A DNA stretch of 32,000 bases from an uncultured Chloroflexia bacterium (GTDB taxonomy: Bacteria; Chloroflexota; Anaerolineae; Anaerolineales; Anaerolineaceae), in assembly GCA_963704755.1 (NCBI GenBank), contig OY969938.1:750001-782000 (forward strand), given 5' to 3'. The position numbers and the translations under genes were made by a program. How positions within the stretch are numbered: position 1 is the first letter of the stretch; each line of letters starts with the position of its first letter. The notes below the pieces were generated by a model. That model was not told where the DNA came from and ran no database searches. It saw only the letters and a program-made list of their open reading frames with translations. This document shows positions 1-8,106 of the stretch, piece by piece.

Positions 1-947
1 ACCATGGGGCCGAAGACCAGGAAAGCCACCACCGCGCCGGTCGAAAAAGTGCCCAGAAAAGCCAGGGCAATGAACGCATCTACCGTCGAACAGATCGACA
101 GCAAAGCCGCCAGGGTGGCCAGGGCAATCACAGATAGGATCGGCCCATTCCCGACCGCCAGCAGCCAGGCCTGTGGGATCAGGGTCTGCATGATTGAGGC
201 CAGAGCCGCACCGGTGACCAGGAACTGGCCCATTTCGAAAAAGTCATCCGCCGCGACGGATACCATTTGCTTCATCCGCGCACCCAGGGGTGGTTTAGCC
301 GGCAAACCCGGACCAATATCCAGGCTGAGCGGCCCGATCAGGGATTGTGGCAAATCCTGGGCCAGCAAACGGTTTCCATCATGCTCCAGCCCAAACAGCC
401 AGCCGATCAAAATAGCGATCAGCAGCGTCAGCGCCAGGCGCAGCCAAAACACCAGCCCGACTCCAAATGCCGAGAGCGTACTGGCAATCACGATCGGGTT
501 GATCACCGGTGCCGCTAATAAAAAGGTAATCCCGACCGACACAGGCACTCCCTTGCGGATGAAGCGCCGCGCCAGGGGGACTGTTCCGCATTCGCAGACC
601 GGGAAGAACAGGCCCAGCAGGCTGCCGGCCGCTACTCCGCCCAGGCGGTTGTGCGGCAGCAAGGCAGCCAGGTCCTCGCTTTTAATGAATACTTCCACCA
701 GGCCCGAAGCCAGGGTACCTAATAACAAGTACGGCACGGCTTCGATAAAAATACCCAGGAAGACCGAAGCGAAGCTTTCTACCCAGTTCAATAATACGGC
801 TGCCCAGGCCGGCTGCCAGCCCCAGGCGGCTTGCAGCCAGGCCAGAAAGGCTGCCAGCAAAGCCAGCCCAACCACCAGGCCAGGGAAAACGCCTTTTACC
901 CGTTTGTAGACTTTTTTTATCGCGGGGAGATCTCGTTCGAGCTGCAT
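1..947 (-). CDS. Predicted permease (COG0701 / DUF318, YraQ-ArsP-like); C-terminal end lies outside the window
   Basis: Absent from the ORF track because it has no in-window stop. Minus-strand ATG (CAT at 945-947) is preceded by AAGGTG. My hand translation (MQLERDLPAIKKVYKRV...GLFFPVCECGTVPLARRFIRKGVPVSVGITFLLAAPVINPIV...) stays open to base 1. It is strongly hydrophobic and carries the C-x-C-G-x-VP motif I associate with this family. Track ORF 4..909(+) is its antisense shadow. Confidence 0.75.
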   Translation of the reverse strand, partial: MQLERDLPAIKKVYKRVKGVFPGLVVGLALLAAFLAWLQAAWGWQPAWAAVLLNWVESFASVFLGIFIEAVPYLLLGTLASGLVEVFIKSEDLAALLPHNRLGGVAAGSLLGLFFPVCECGTVPLARRFIRKGVPVSVGITFLLAAPVINPIVIASTLSAFGVGLVFWLRLALTLLIAILIGWLFGLEHDGNRLLAQDLPQSLIGPLSLDIGPGLPAKPPLGARMKQMVSVAADDFFEMGQFLVTGAALASIMQTLIPQAWLLAVGNGPILSVIALATLAALLSICSTVDAFIALAFLGTFSTGAVVAFLVFGPM

Positions 948-1082
948 TTCACCTTTTTATACCATCAATTGATTAAAACAATCTAATTGAGAACTGCTCA
1001 GGTCTGTTCATAATCACACTCCGTTCTTTTAAACAGCCAGGCAGTAACGAATCAGGTCAGTCCAAAAACTTCTTTTAATAAA

Positions 1083-1111
1083 AGAACCCCGCCTGTAATT
1101 GGCGGGGTTCT
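1083..1111 (-). terminator. Rho-independent terminator downstream of the LysM gene
   Basis: AGAACCCCGCC-N7-GGCGGGGTTCT forms an 11-bp stem. On the minus strand it is followed by TTTATTAAAAGAAGTTTTT. Confidence 0.65.
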
Positions 1112-1133
1112 TGATACCTGACATATATCTTGC

Positions 1134-1880
1134 TCAGGCAGTCGCTGTAGGCGTCTCGGTTGCGGGCGGAGGGGTAGGCGTAGAACCGCCGGGCGTGGGC
1201 GTCAATGAAGGTTTACGGGTCGGTGTCGGGGTGACGATGTTGACCCGCACGATGATCGTTTCGCCGACATTGATCAGGTTCTGATCAGTAATGTTGTTGA
1301 TCTGCATGATGTCGTCAACCGTCGAGTTGTACCTGGAGGCAATCGTGTCCAGGGTATCGCCGGGTTTGATGATGTAATTGATGCGCGTGCCGCGGGCGAC
1401 ATCCGAGGGTAAAGGTGTCTCGGTGGGCAGTTCCTGGCCCGGCGCCGGGATCAGGATCGTATCTCCCGGCCGGATGGGGCAAGAATTGCTATCGAAGTTG
1501 TTGATGGCCAGCAAGACCAGCACATCGACGTTGTATTTGGCCGCCAGGTCAAAGCAGGTATCGCCATCCTCAACGGTATATTCGAACGGGCCAGAAGGGG
1601 TTTCCGTCATCGTCTCGGTTGGTGTTTCCGAGGCCGTCGGGGAAATGGTCGGTGTGGCGCTTGGAACCGTGGGGGAAGGGGTCGCGGTGAGCGTAGCGGT
1701 GGGCGTTGCCGACGAAAGGAATGCCAGTTGAGGCTTGTTTGGCCCGGTAAACCACACCACCAGTAGGATTACGCCAATCAACACAAGTACTAATGCCAGC
1801 CCCCAGGTAAAGAGAGGCATCATCTTTTGGCGCTTTTGATAGGATGCTATGACGCTTTGAGGCGATTTTTTTCCACTCAT
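1134..1880 (-). CDS. Membrane-anchored protein with two LysM peptidoglycan-binding domains
   Basis: Track ORF 1134..1967, trimmed to the internal ATG at 1880 (MSGKKSPQ..., preceded by AGGAAAAG). It has a TM anchor (LFTWGLALVLVLIGVILLVVWF) and Thr/Pro-rich linkers. Two LysM motifs are present: YTVEDGDTCFDLAAKYNV... and YIIKPGDTLDTIASRYNSTVDDIMQINNI. Confidence 0.85.
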   Translation of the reverse strand: MSGKKSPQSVIASYQKRQKMMPLFTWGLALVLVLIGVILLVVWFTGPNKPQLAFLSSATPTATLTATPSPTVPSATPTISPTASETPTETMTETPSGPFEYTVEDGDTCFDLAAKYNVDVLVLLAINNFDSNSCPIRPGDTILIPAPGQELPTETPLPSDVARGTRINYIIKPGDTLDTIASRYNSTVDDIMQINNITDQNLINVGETIIVRVNIVTPTPTRKPSLTPTPGGSTPTPPPATETPTATA

Positions 1881-2118
1881 TTGTATACTTTTCCTGTTCA
1901 AATCTGGTTTTATCGGGAACATCGAACTGTTCCACAACCTTTTTTGAGTCCGGCAATTAAGCCACACCCTGAATAAAGCGATTGTAACCGATATTTTTCA
2001 ACACGTGGGATTAACCCTAATTTAATACCGAAACGGTGAATTTGTCCATATCTGCCCTTCGGGTGATCCTTCCCGTCTCATGAAAAGAAAAGTCTTTGCC
2101 GGCTTTGTTAAAGAGTTT

Positions 2119-2171
2119 CCGAAAGTGAGGTATTTGCGTGGGCTTTGCCCACGCAAATACCTCACTTTCGG
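2119..2171. repeat. 25-bp perfect inverted repeat (CCGAAAGTGAGGTATTTGCGTGGGC / TTT / GCCCACGCAAATACCTCACTTTCGG) in a divergent intergenic region
   Basis: Arms at 2119-2143 and 2147-2171 are exact reverse complements. Imperfect complementarity extends to about 2101-2190. Both flanking genes are transcribed away from it, so it is not their terminator. Confidence 0.9.
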
Positions 2172-2300
2172 GGACTTTTTAACAAGGGCCTGAGTAGATA
2201 CAAAAGACCCTGCCACTTTCGCAATGAGGGCCAGAATTTAAGACGAATCAAACCCTTAAAGAGTTCCAGACAATTAGTAGGCCGCCAACTAAAAGGCTCA

Positions 2301-2309
2301 TGATATAAT
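2301..2309 (+). promoter_or_regulatory. Possible extended -10 promoter element (TGATATAAT) for the STAS operon
   Basis: TGnTATAAT match lies 43 nt upstream of the ATG at 2352. No good -35 is visible. Confidence 0.3.
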
Positions 2310-2351
2310 TTTGCAACTGTTTCCCCTTATATTTACGTCTGGAGGTACTCC

Positions 2352-2687
2352 ATGGAAGTCAAGCATACCGAATATAAACGCTGTGACCTTGTCACGGTAC
2401 AGGGTCGCGTGGACAGCGCAACGGCTCCCGATTTAGGTGATATGCTCAACCAGATTACCGAAACTGGCCATTTTCGTATTATTTTGGACCTATCCGGGAT
2501 GGATTTTATTTCCAGCGCCGGCTTGAGGGTCTTGATTGGAACTCAAAAGACGTGCAAACGCTACAACCGGGGTGAAGTCGTCCTGACCAATGTCCAACCG
2601 ACAGTCCTGTCTGCCCTGGACCTGGCCGGGTTTACGCCATTTTTTAAGATCTTTGATAATACGGTATCCGCCGTGGGCAATTTCTAA
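2352..2687 (+). CDS. STAS-domain anti-sigma-factor antagonist (SpoIIAA/RsbV-like)
   Basis: 111 aa with GGAGG upstream. The conserved phosphorylatable serine context is present (LSGMDFISSAGLRVL). Confidence 0.9.
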   Translation: MEVKHTEYKRCDLVTVQGRVDSATAPDLGDMLNQITETGHFRIILDLSGMDFISSAGLRVLIGTQKTCKRYNRGEVVLTNVQPTVLSALDLAGFTPFFKIFDNTVSAVGNF

Positions 2688-2700
2688 CAGGTGAAACGGT

Positions 2701-3123
2701 TTGATGCCAACGGTTGAATTTCCCGGCCGATACGAAAGTCTGGCAAAAATTGCAGAATTGGTACAACAAGCCTCGCACGAAGTCGGGCTCGATTCGTGCG
2801 CAGCGTACGCTGTCGAGACTGCAGTGGACGAGGCTTGTTCCAACATCATCGAACATTCTTATGGGGGCGAGGGCAAAGGCACAATCGAATTCAGTTCACG
2901 GGTAAAAGAGAACGAGCTGGTGATCACACTTAAAGATCATGGGCAAAAATTTACACCCAGGGAAATCCGCAAACCGGACTTGAATGCGCCCTTGAAGGAC
3001 AGGGAAGCTCATGGTCTGGGGTTATATTTTATGTACCAGTGGATGGATGAGGTCAAATTCGAATATATCGATGGCGGCAACGTTCTGACCATGACGAAAC
3101 GGATAGGTCCACCCATCAAATGA
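2701..3123 (+). CDS. Anti-sigma regulatory factor, Ser/Thr protein kinase (RsbW/SpoIIAB-like, HATPase_c_2)
   Basis: N box DEACSNIIEHS and G boxes DHGQKF and HGLGLYF are present. The start is TTG at 2701 or ATG at 2704. The stop overlaps the next start (ATGA at 3120-3123). Confidence 0.9.
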   Translation: MMPTVEFPGRYESLAKIAELVQQASHEVGLDSCAAYAVETAVDEACSNIIEHSYGGEGKGTIEFSSRVKENELVITLKDHGQKFTPREIRKPDLNAPLKDREAHGLGLYFMYQWMDEVKFEYIDGGNVLTMTKRIGPPIK

Positions 3124-6100
3124 ACGATTCACAGCAGGCAGCTATTCCTGATTGGAAACAATTCCTCTTGTTCGGAGAAAAACTCCTGAATGCTGCCTCG
3201 GTGACTGACCAATGTGAATGGATCCGCACTGCCGTCCGGGAAGCAGCCCGGGCCGATTCGCACATCTGGCTGGCCCGGCCTTATTATCCGCTGCCCGGGG
3301 ATACCACGGAGGCCGACTTGCCGGATGGCTCCGTACCGGAGGTCGTCCGCGCCTGTTACGAAAAAGGGCGCCCTTATACAACCCAGGCCGGCATCCCCAT
3401 GCTGTACGATTTTGTCGAATCCGTGGACGAATTGGCATTCCCTTTGATGAGCCAGAAAAACATTCTGGGGGTCTTACTGGTTTACGCGCCTGAGGGGGAA
3501 AAACTGACCAGTCAGGACGCCGGCGTGATCGAAGGATTGTCCAGCCACGCGGCGCTGTCCATGCAGGCCTTTCGCCAATCCGCGCTCAAATCCTGGCGGT
3601 TCGATCAACTGACCCTGGTTCGCTCGGTATCCTCACGGATGGCCAACATTCGCGACCTGGACGACTTCTACCGCCAGGTCACTGCGCTGATCCAAAATAC
3701 CTTTGGCTTTTATTATGTCGCAATCTTCACCCTGGTGGAGAACAGTCGCAAACTCCAGTACCAGGCCAGTGCCAGTTCCGAAAATGAAGGGCCCCAGTTG
3801 CCGGTCGGGTTCTCGGTTGAGCTGGGCCAGGGGATTGTGGGAACCGTTGCCCAGACCGGACAGGAGATCGTCTCCCCTGACGTGGCCAACGATTCGATTT
3901 TTCGAGTCATCGAAACTCTGCCGGAAACGCGGTCCGAAGTGGCCTTGCCGCTGAAGACCGGTGAAAAGGTATTGGGTGTGCTGGATATCCAGAGCGACGA
4001 GCCCCGGGTCATTCACGAATACGATATCCTGGTCCTGCACGCCCTGGCCGATAACATTGCCAAGACCATCGAAGGGATGGAACTGGTCAGTGGATTGCGC
4101 AACCGTGCCAACCAGGTCTCCGCCATGCTGGATGTCAGCCGGACGCTCACCTCGATCCTGGAATTCGAGCCCTTGCTCGAAGAGATCGTACGCTCGATCC
4201 AGAAACATTTCGGCTATTCTTACGTCCACATCTTTATCCTGCACACCGGCCGGCGCAAATTGCTCTATGAAGCCGGCACGGGAGCTCGCAGCCAGGCCGC
4301 CCAGAAATTGCACCTGGCTTACGACCTCGACGATGCAATGGGAATGATCCCCTGGGCGGCCCGAAACGGCAAGACCCTGCTTTCGAACGACATCAGCAGC
4401 GAGCCGCTCTACCGCCCCTCCGACCTGCCCCCCAGCAATACCCTGTCCGAACTGGCTATTCCTCTTATTTACGGCGGGCGGGTGTTAGGGGTAATGGATT
4501 TGCAAGGCGATCACGTCAACACATTCTCGGAAAGTGACGTGCCTCTGCTTGAATCGCTGGGCGCTTCGATCGCCATCGCCATCCGTAATGCACGCCTGTA
4601 CCAGGACGAGGTCTGGCGCCGGCAGGTCGCCGATTCTTTCCGCGAAATCGCCGGCCTGGTTTCGGCCAACCTGGCCCTGGACGACCTTCTCGACCGGATC
4701 CTCAGCGAACTGGAACAGCTTTTACCCTGTGACGCCACCACCATCTGGCTGATCGACAATACTGTGGATACAGTAAGTTCTGAGGGTTATTGCCTGCGTC
4801 TGGCTGCGGCTCATAACGTGGACGCGGGTAAAATCCAGGGCATCCTCGATAGCAAGGAAGAAACGCGCAACTTTTTAGAGAGCGTCCTGGGCCACAATGA
4901 ACCGGTTATCCGCCAACCCAGTGATCCGTTCGGCCCGCTTGGCCTGGCGCTTGGCTTCCAGAGGGAATATTCTTCCATCGCCGCTCCGTTGCGCGCCGGT
5001 GAAAAACCGCTGGGAATCCTATCCCTGGCACACCAATCCTCCGGCCGGTACGGCAGCGAAGCCCGCCTGATCTCGATGACCCTTGCCAATCACGCTTCGG
5101 TGGCCATCCAGAACAACCAGCTTTTTGGCGCTGCCCAAGAACAGGCCTGGATCGCCACTATCCTCCTGCAAATTGCCGAGGCCACTCAGAGCAACCAGAC
5201 GGTGGAGGAGCTGCTGGACACCATGAACCGCCTGACCCCCATGCTGGTAGGGGTTAAAAAATGCGCCTTTTTCACCTGCGACGAAAACGGTCAGCAGTTT
5301 TACCTCAAGGCCAGCTACGGACTTAACCTGCCGGCATATTCGGAACTGATCATCGATGGCAGCACCCCGGCCATGGCCCGCTTGATGGCCAGCAAAGAAG
5401 CCGTCTTCATCGATGAGCCACGCAGCGAATTGAATTTGCCCGAAGCCAGCCTTTCCGGCGACACGGGCACCCTGGTCATGCTGCCGCTGTTGGCGCGCGG
5501 CCGCCTGCTGGGCGCATATTTGGTCGGCCATGAAGCCGGTTCTGCCTCGGCAGCCGGGACTACCTTCGACCAGCAAACGCTGTCCCTGCTGCAAGGCATC
5601 GCCCAACAAACCGCCATGGCCCTGGAAAACCTGGAACTGATCGAGGCCCGCCAGGAAGAGGCTTACGTCACCGCCGTTATGCTGCAGGTCGCACAGGCGG
5701 TGGTCAGCCAAAATGACCTGGAAGACATTCTCGATACCATTGTCCACTTGATTCCCATTCTGGTCGGGATCGATGCCTGTGCCATTTACCTGTGGGATGA
5801 AAAATCCCAGACCTTCCGCGCCGCCAAAGTGATCACCGGCTCGATTACCGAAGAAAATTTGTTGGAAGGGGAAACTTTCCGGCCGGGCGAATTTCCCATT
5901 CTGGACGCGCTGCGCGACCAGGAGCAGGTCGTCGCCTGCAAGACCGCCAATGACGACCTCAGTATGGATGATTGGCGCGACCTGGACTGTCTGGTCAGCG
6001 GCGATGAACTGGAAAACGATTATTCATCCGACGCGTCCTGGGTATTTGGTTTTCCCCTGGCCGTCAAAGGCAGCCTGTATGGCGCCTTCCTGGCAAATGA

Positions 6101-6971
6101 ATCCAACGTTCCGGCCGGCATGCACCAACGTCGTTTGGAAATTCTAAAGGGTATCTCGCAACAGATTTCCATGGCCATCCAGAACGAGCGTCTTAACCAC
6201 GAAACGGTGGCCCGCGAACGGCTGGAGCGTGAAATTCAATTGGCCCGCCAGATTCAAATGACCTTCTTGCCCACCCGCCTGCCCCGGATTCCCAACTGGG
6301 ACGTGGAGATCCACTGGCAGACGGCCCGCGAAGTCGGCGGCGATTTCTACGACGTCTTCCGCGTGGCCAAAGACCGCCTGGGGGTCGTCATCGCGGACGT
6401 CTCGGATAAGGGTATGCCGGCCGCCTTATATATGACCGTCGCCCGTACCTTGATCCGCGCTTTTTCGCAAAAAGCCGAATCTCCGGCCCGGGTGCTGGAA
6501 CGGGTCAACCGCTCGCTGGTGGTCGATTCGCGCGACGGGTTGTTCGTGACGGCCGTGTTTGCCATTTTGAATACCACTAACGGCCAGCTTACCTATGCGA
6601 ATGCCGGCCACAACCTGCCGGTGTTGCTTTCTTCCTCTGAAAAAAAGGCCACTCGCCTGCCCAAAGGTGGAACTGCGTTGGGAATCAGCGCCAGTTCGCG
6701 GCTAAGCGATCACCAGGTGGCCATCCAGCCTGGAGATACGGTCGCATTTTATACGGACGGGGTCACGGAAAGCCTTTCACCGGATGGGGAACTATACGGC
6801 GAAGAACGGCTGCTGAACGCGCTCGAGGCAGCCCCGGCAGGCAACGCCGCCGCCTTGATCGATTATTTGCGCCACCAGCTCAATGACTTTCGCCACGGCG
6901 CTCCCCCCAGCGACGACATGACCATCGTCCTGCTGCACTACCAGGGCGATCCAAAAGACCCGCCTCATTGA
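3120..6971 (+). CDS. Multi-GAF PP2C-type (SpoIIE/RsbU-like) serine phosphatase, 1283 aa
   Basis: The C-terminal roughly 240 aa carry PP2C motifs: EVGGDFYDVF, VIADVSDKGMPAALYM, YANAGHN, FYTDGVTE, DDMTIVLL. Upstream are about 5-6 GAF-like modules, each ending in a pattern like ...LAIPL...G...LGVL.... The gene is translationally coupled to the kinase gene. Confidence 0.9.
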   Translation: MNDSQQAAIPDWKQFLLFGEKLLNAASVTDQCEWIRTAVREAARADSHIWLARPYYPLPGDTTEADLPDGSVPEVVRACYEKGRPYTTQAGIPMLYDFVESVDELAFPLMSQKNILGVLLVYAPEGEKLTSQDAGVIEGLSSHAALSMQAFRQSALKSWRFDQLTLVRSVSSRMANIRDLDDFYRQVTALIQNTFGFYYVAIFTLVENSRKLQYQASASSENEGPQLPVGFSVELGQGIVGTVAQTGQEIVSPDVANDSIFRVIETLPETRSEVALPLKTGEKVLGVLDIQSDEPRVIHEYDILVLHALADNIAKTIEGMELVSGLRNRANQVSAMLDVSRTLTSILEFEPLLEEIVRSIQKHFGYSYVHIFILHTGRRKLLYEAGTGARSQAAQKLHLAYDLDDAMGMIPWAARNGKTLLSNDISSEPLYRPSDLPPSNTLSELAIPLIYGGRVLGVMDLQGDHVNTFSESDVPLLESLGASIAIAIRNARLYQDEVWRRQVADSFREIAGLVSANLALDDLLDRILSELEQLLPCDATTIWLIDNTVDTVSSEGYCLRLAAAHNVDAGKIQGILDSKEETRNFLESVLGHNEPVIRQPSDPFGPLGLALGFQREYSSIAAPLRAGEKPLGILSLAHQSSGRYGSEARLISMTLANHASVAIQNNQLFGAAQEQAWIATILLQIAEATQSNQTVEELLDTMNRLTPMLVGVKKCAFFTCDENGQQFYLKASYGLNLPAYSELIIDGSTPAMARLMASKEAVFIDEPRSELNLPEASLSGDTGTLVMLPLLARGRLLGAYLVGHEAGSASAAGTTFDQQTLSLLQGIAQQTAMALENLELIEARQEEAYVTAVMLQVAQAVVSQNDLEDILDTIVHLIPILVGIDACAIYLWDEKSQTFRAAKVITGSITEENLLEGETFRPGEFPILDALRDQEQVVACKTANDDLSMDDWRDLDCLVSGDELENDYSSDASWVFGFPLAVKGSLYGAFLANESNVPAGMHQRRLEILKGISQQISMAIQNERLNHETVARERLEREIQLARQIQMTFLPTRLPRIPNWDVEIHWQTAREVGGDFYDVFRVAKDRLGVVIADVSDKGMPAALYMTVARTLIRAFSQKAESPARVLERVNRSLVVDSRDGLFVTAVFAILNTTNGQLTYANAGHNLPVLLSSSEKKATRLPKGGTALGISASSRLSDHQVAIQPGDTVAFYTDGVTESLSPDGELYGEERLLNALEAAPAGNAAALIDYLRHQLNDFRHGAPPSDDMTIVLLHYQGDPKDPPH

Positions 6972-6980
6972 TTCCTGAAG

Positions 6981-7039
6981 AATAGAAGGTTTCATTGTTT
7001 TTGTGTGCTTCGCACACAAAAACAATGAAACCTTCTATT
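6981..7039. terminator. 28-bp perfect hairpin between convergent genes (probable bidirectional terminator)
   Basis: AATAGAAGGTTTCATTGTTTTTGTGTGC / TTC / GCACACAAAAACAATGAAACCTTCTATT. It fills the 77-nt gap between the stops at 6971 (+) and 7049 (-). Confidence 0.7.
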
Positions 7040-7048
7040 AAATTCAAT

Positions 7049-7423
7049 TTATTGCCCGAAAAACAACGCCCACCAGATATCCTTGTTGCTGATCGCCTGG
7101 GGTTGGGGGGTTGGGTTGACGAACTGAGGCGCATCGGAAGTGCCTTCTTCCAACGGAACGATCAATTTTTCCCCTTTTTGGATCATACCATTCTCCCGGG
7201 CGTATTCGTCCACGGCGGCTTCCGAGGTCGAATAGACAATTGCTGTGTTCAATTCGCTCTGGGTCGCGTTCAAACCGGCGACTTCTGTCTGCATCCCGGA
7301 AAGCTGCGTATTCAAGCGGGCCAGGTCGGTCAGGCGGCCGTTCAAATCCATCAACAAAAAGAACAGCAGCACAAATGAGCCCAAGACGGCCAGTTGTTTC
7401 CAACTTGGATGGAAGTTCTTCAT
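7049..7423 (-). CDS. Septum formation initiator family protein (FtsB/DivIC-like)
   Basis: 124 aa. It has an N-terminal TM (LAVLGSFVLLFFLLM), a coiled coil (LTDLARLNTQLSGMQTEVAGLNATQSEL), and a family-typical EYARENGMIQKGEKLIVP segment. Confidence 0.7.
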   Translation of the reverse strand: MKNFHPSWKQLAVLGSFVLLFFLLMDLNGRLTDLARLNTQLSGMQTEVAGLNATQSELNTAIVYSTSEAAVDEYARENGMIQKGEKLIVPLEEGTSDAPQFVNPTPQPQAISNKDIWWALFFGQ

Positions 7424-7504
7424 GCTGTTATCTTACAATAAACTTACCGGTGTGACAAGAAGCGAGTCTCCCATTTGGGAGAAAATGTGCAAAGAATAAT
7501 TGAA

Positions 7505-7530
7505 TCAAAAACCCCGGAATATCCGGGGTT
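7505..7530 (-). terminator. Rho-independent terminator downstream of tRNA-Leu
   Basis: AACCCCGG-N5-CCGGGGTT followed by TTTTTGATT on the minus strand, 4 nt after the tRNA 3' end. Confidence 0.7.
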
Positions 7531-7534
7531 CCAG

Positions 7535-7618
<84 letters not shown>

Positions 7619-7637
7619 ATTGATTGGCGTGACAAAT

Positions 7638-7665
7638 ATTTTATCGTGAATCGAGTATTTGTCAA
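7638..7665 (-). promoter_or_regulatory. Sigma70-like promoter for tRNA-Leu (TTGACA-16-TAAAAT)
   Basis: On the minus strand the sequence is TTGACAaatactcgattcacgaTAAAAT, ending 19 nt upstream of the tRNA 5' end. A 9-bp inverted repeat TGACAAATA/TATTTGTCA (7630-7638 and 7657-7665) brackets it. Confidence 0.5.
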
Positions 7666-8074
7666 CCTATTTGAAGAAAAATTGTTAAAAATAGATTGGC
7701 GCATTTCTGGCCCCGGTTTATAAGTCCCTAATCCGAGGTAAGGGGTGGATATTTAGTCCCCGCAGACGCGTCAATTTCAAAGGCTTTTCCATCCCGCCGG
7801 ACCCACACGATTGTTTTCCGAATGAAAAATTGCAAGCTTCGATCGGCAAAAGCCGGGTATACTTTACAATATAGTATTATTTCCCAGGCTCATTTTTCCA
7901 ACATCTGGCAGGGAAATTGCATCGCAGCAATTGAGTCTTTTAAGGAATATTCTTCGTGTTTTTGTAGAGCATCACATCGCACAAGCACCCCAAAGACTCC
8001 TCTGGGCCTTTCGTCCGCGAAGATAGCCTGAACCGTCCAGCCTGGACTGCCCGGCAAGCAAACCACTCCGCAGG

Positions 8075-8083
8075 TGCTATAAT
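8075..8083 (+). promoter_or_regulatory. Possible extended -10 element (TGCTATAAT) for the kinase-LysM-LCP operon
   Basis: TGnTATAAT match lies 24 nt upstream of the ATG at 8107. The -35 is weak. Confidence 0.35.
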
Positions 8084-8106
8084 TTGATCGGGGTCATTGA
8101 TCGACA

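Noticed and set aside
4-909. 301-aa plus-strand ORF at the left edge
   Set aside because: Its composition is Arg/Ala/Pro/Ser-rich with no motifs and no RBS. The opposite strand encodes a convincing hydrophobic permease in the same interval, so this is an antisense shadow ORF typical of GC-rich DNA.
1881-1967. N-terminal extension of the first LysM gene, and likewise 25521..25583 for the TPR gene and 15412..15423 for the response regulator
   Set aside because: In each case an internal ATG has a much better SD and gives a typical N-terminus (MSGKK..., MLDPNNPVV..., MAEKILIVDDD).
2022-2216. 64-aa minus-strand ORF
   Set aside because: It reads straight through the 25-bp palindrome, so the peptide is an artefact of the inverted repeat. 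It has a GTG start and no RBS.
7822-8031. 69-aa ORF between tRNA-Leu and the kinase gene
   Set aside because: It has no SD, sits in an AT-rich promoter-like region, has an odd composition, and has no motif.
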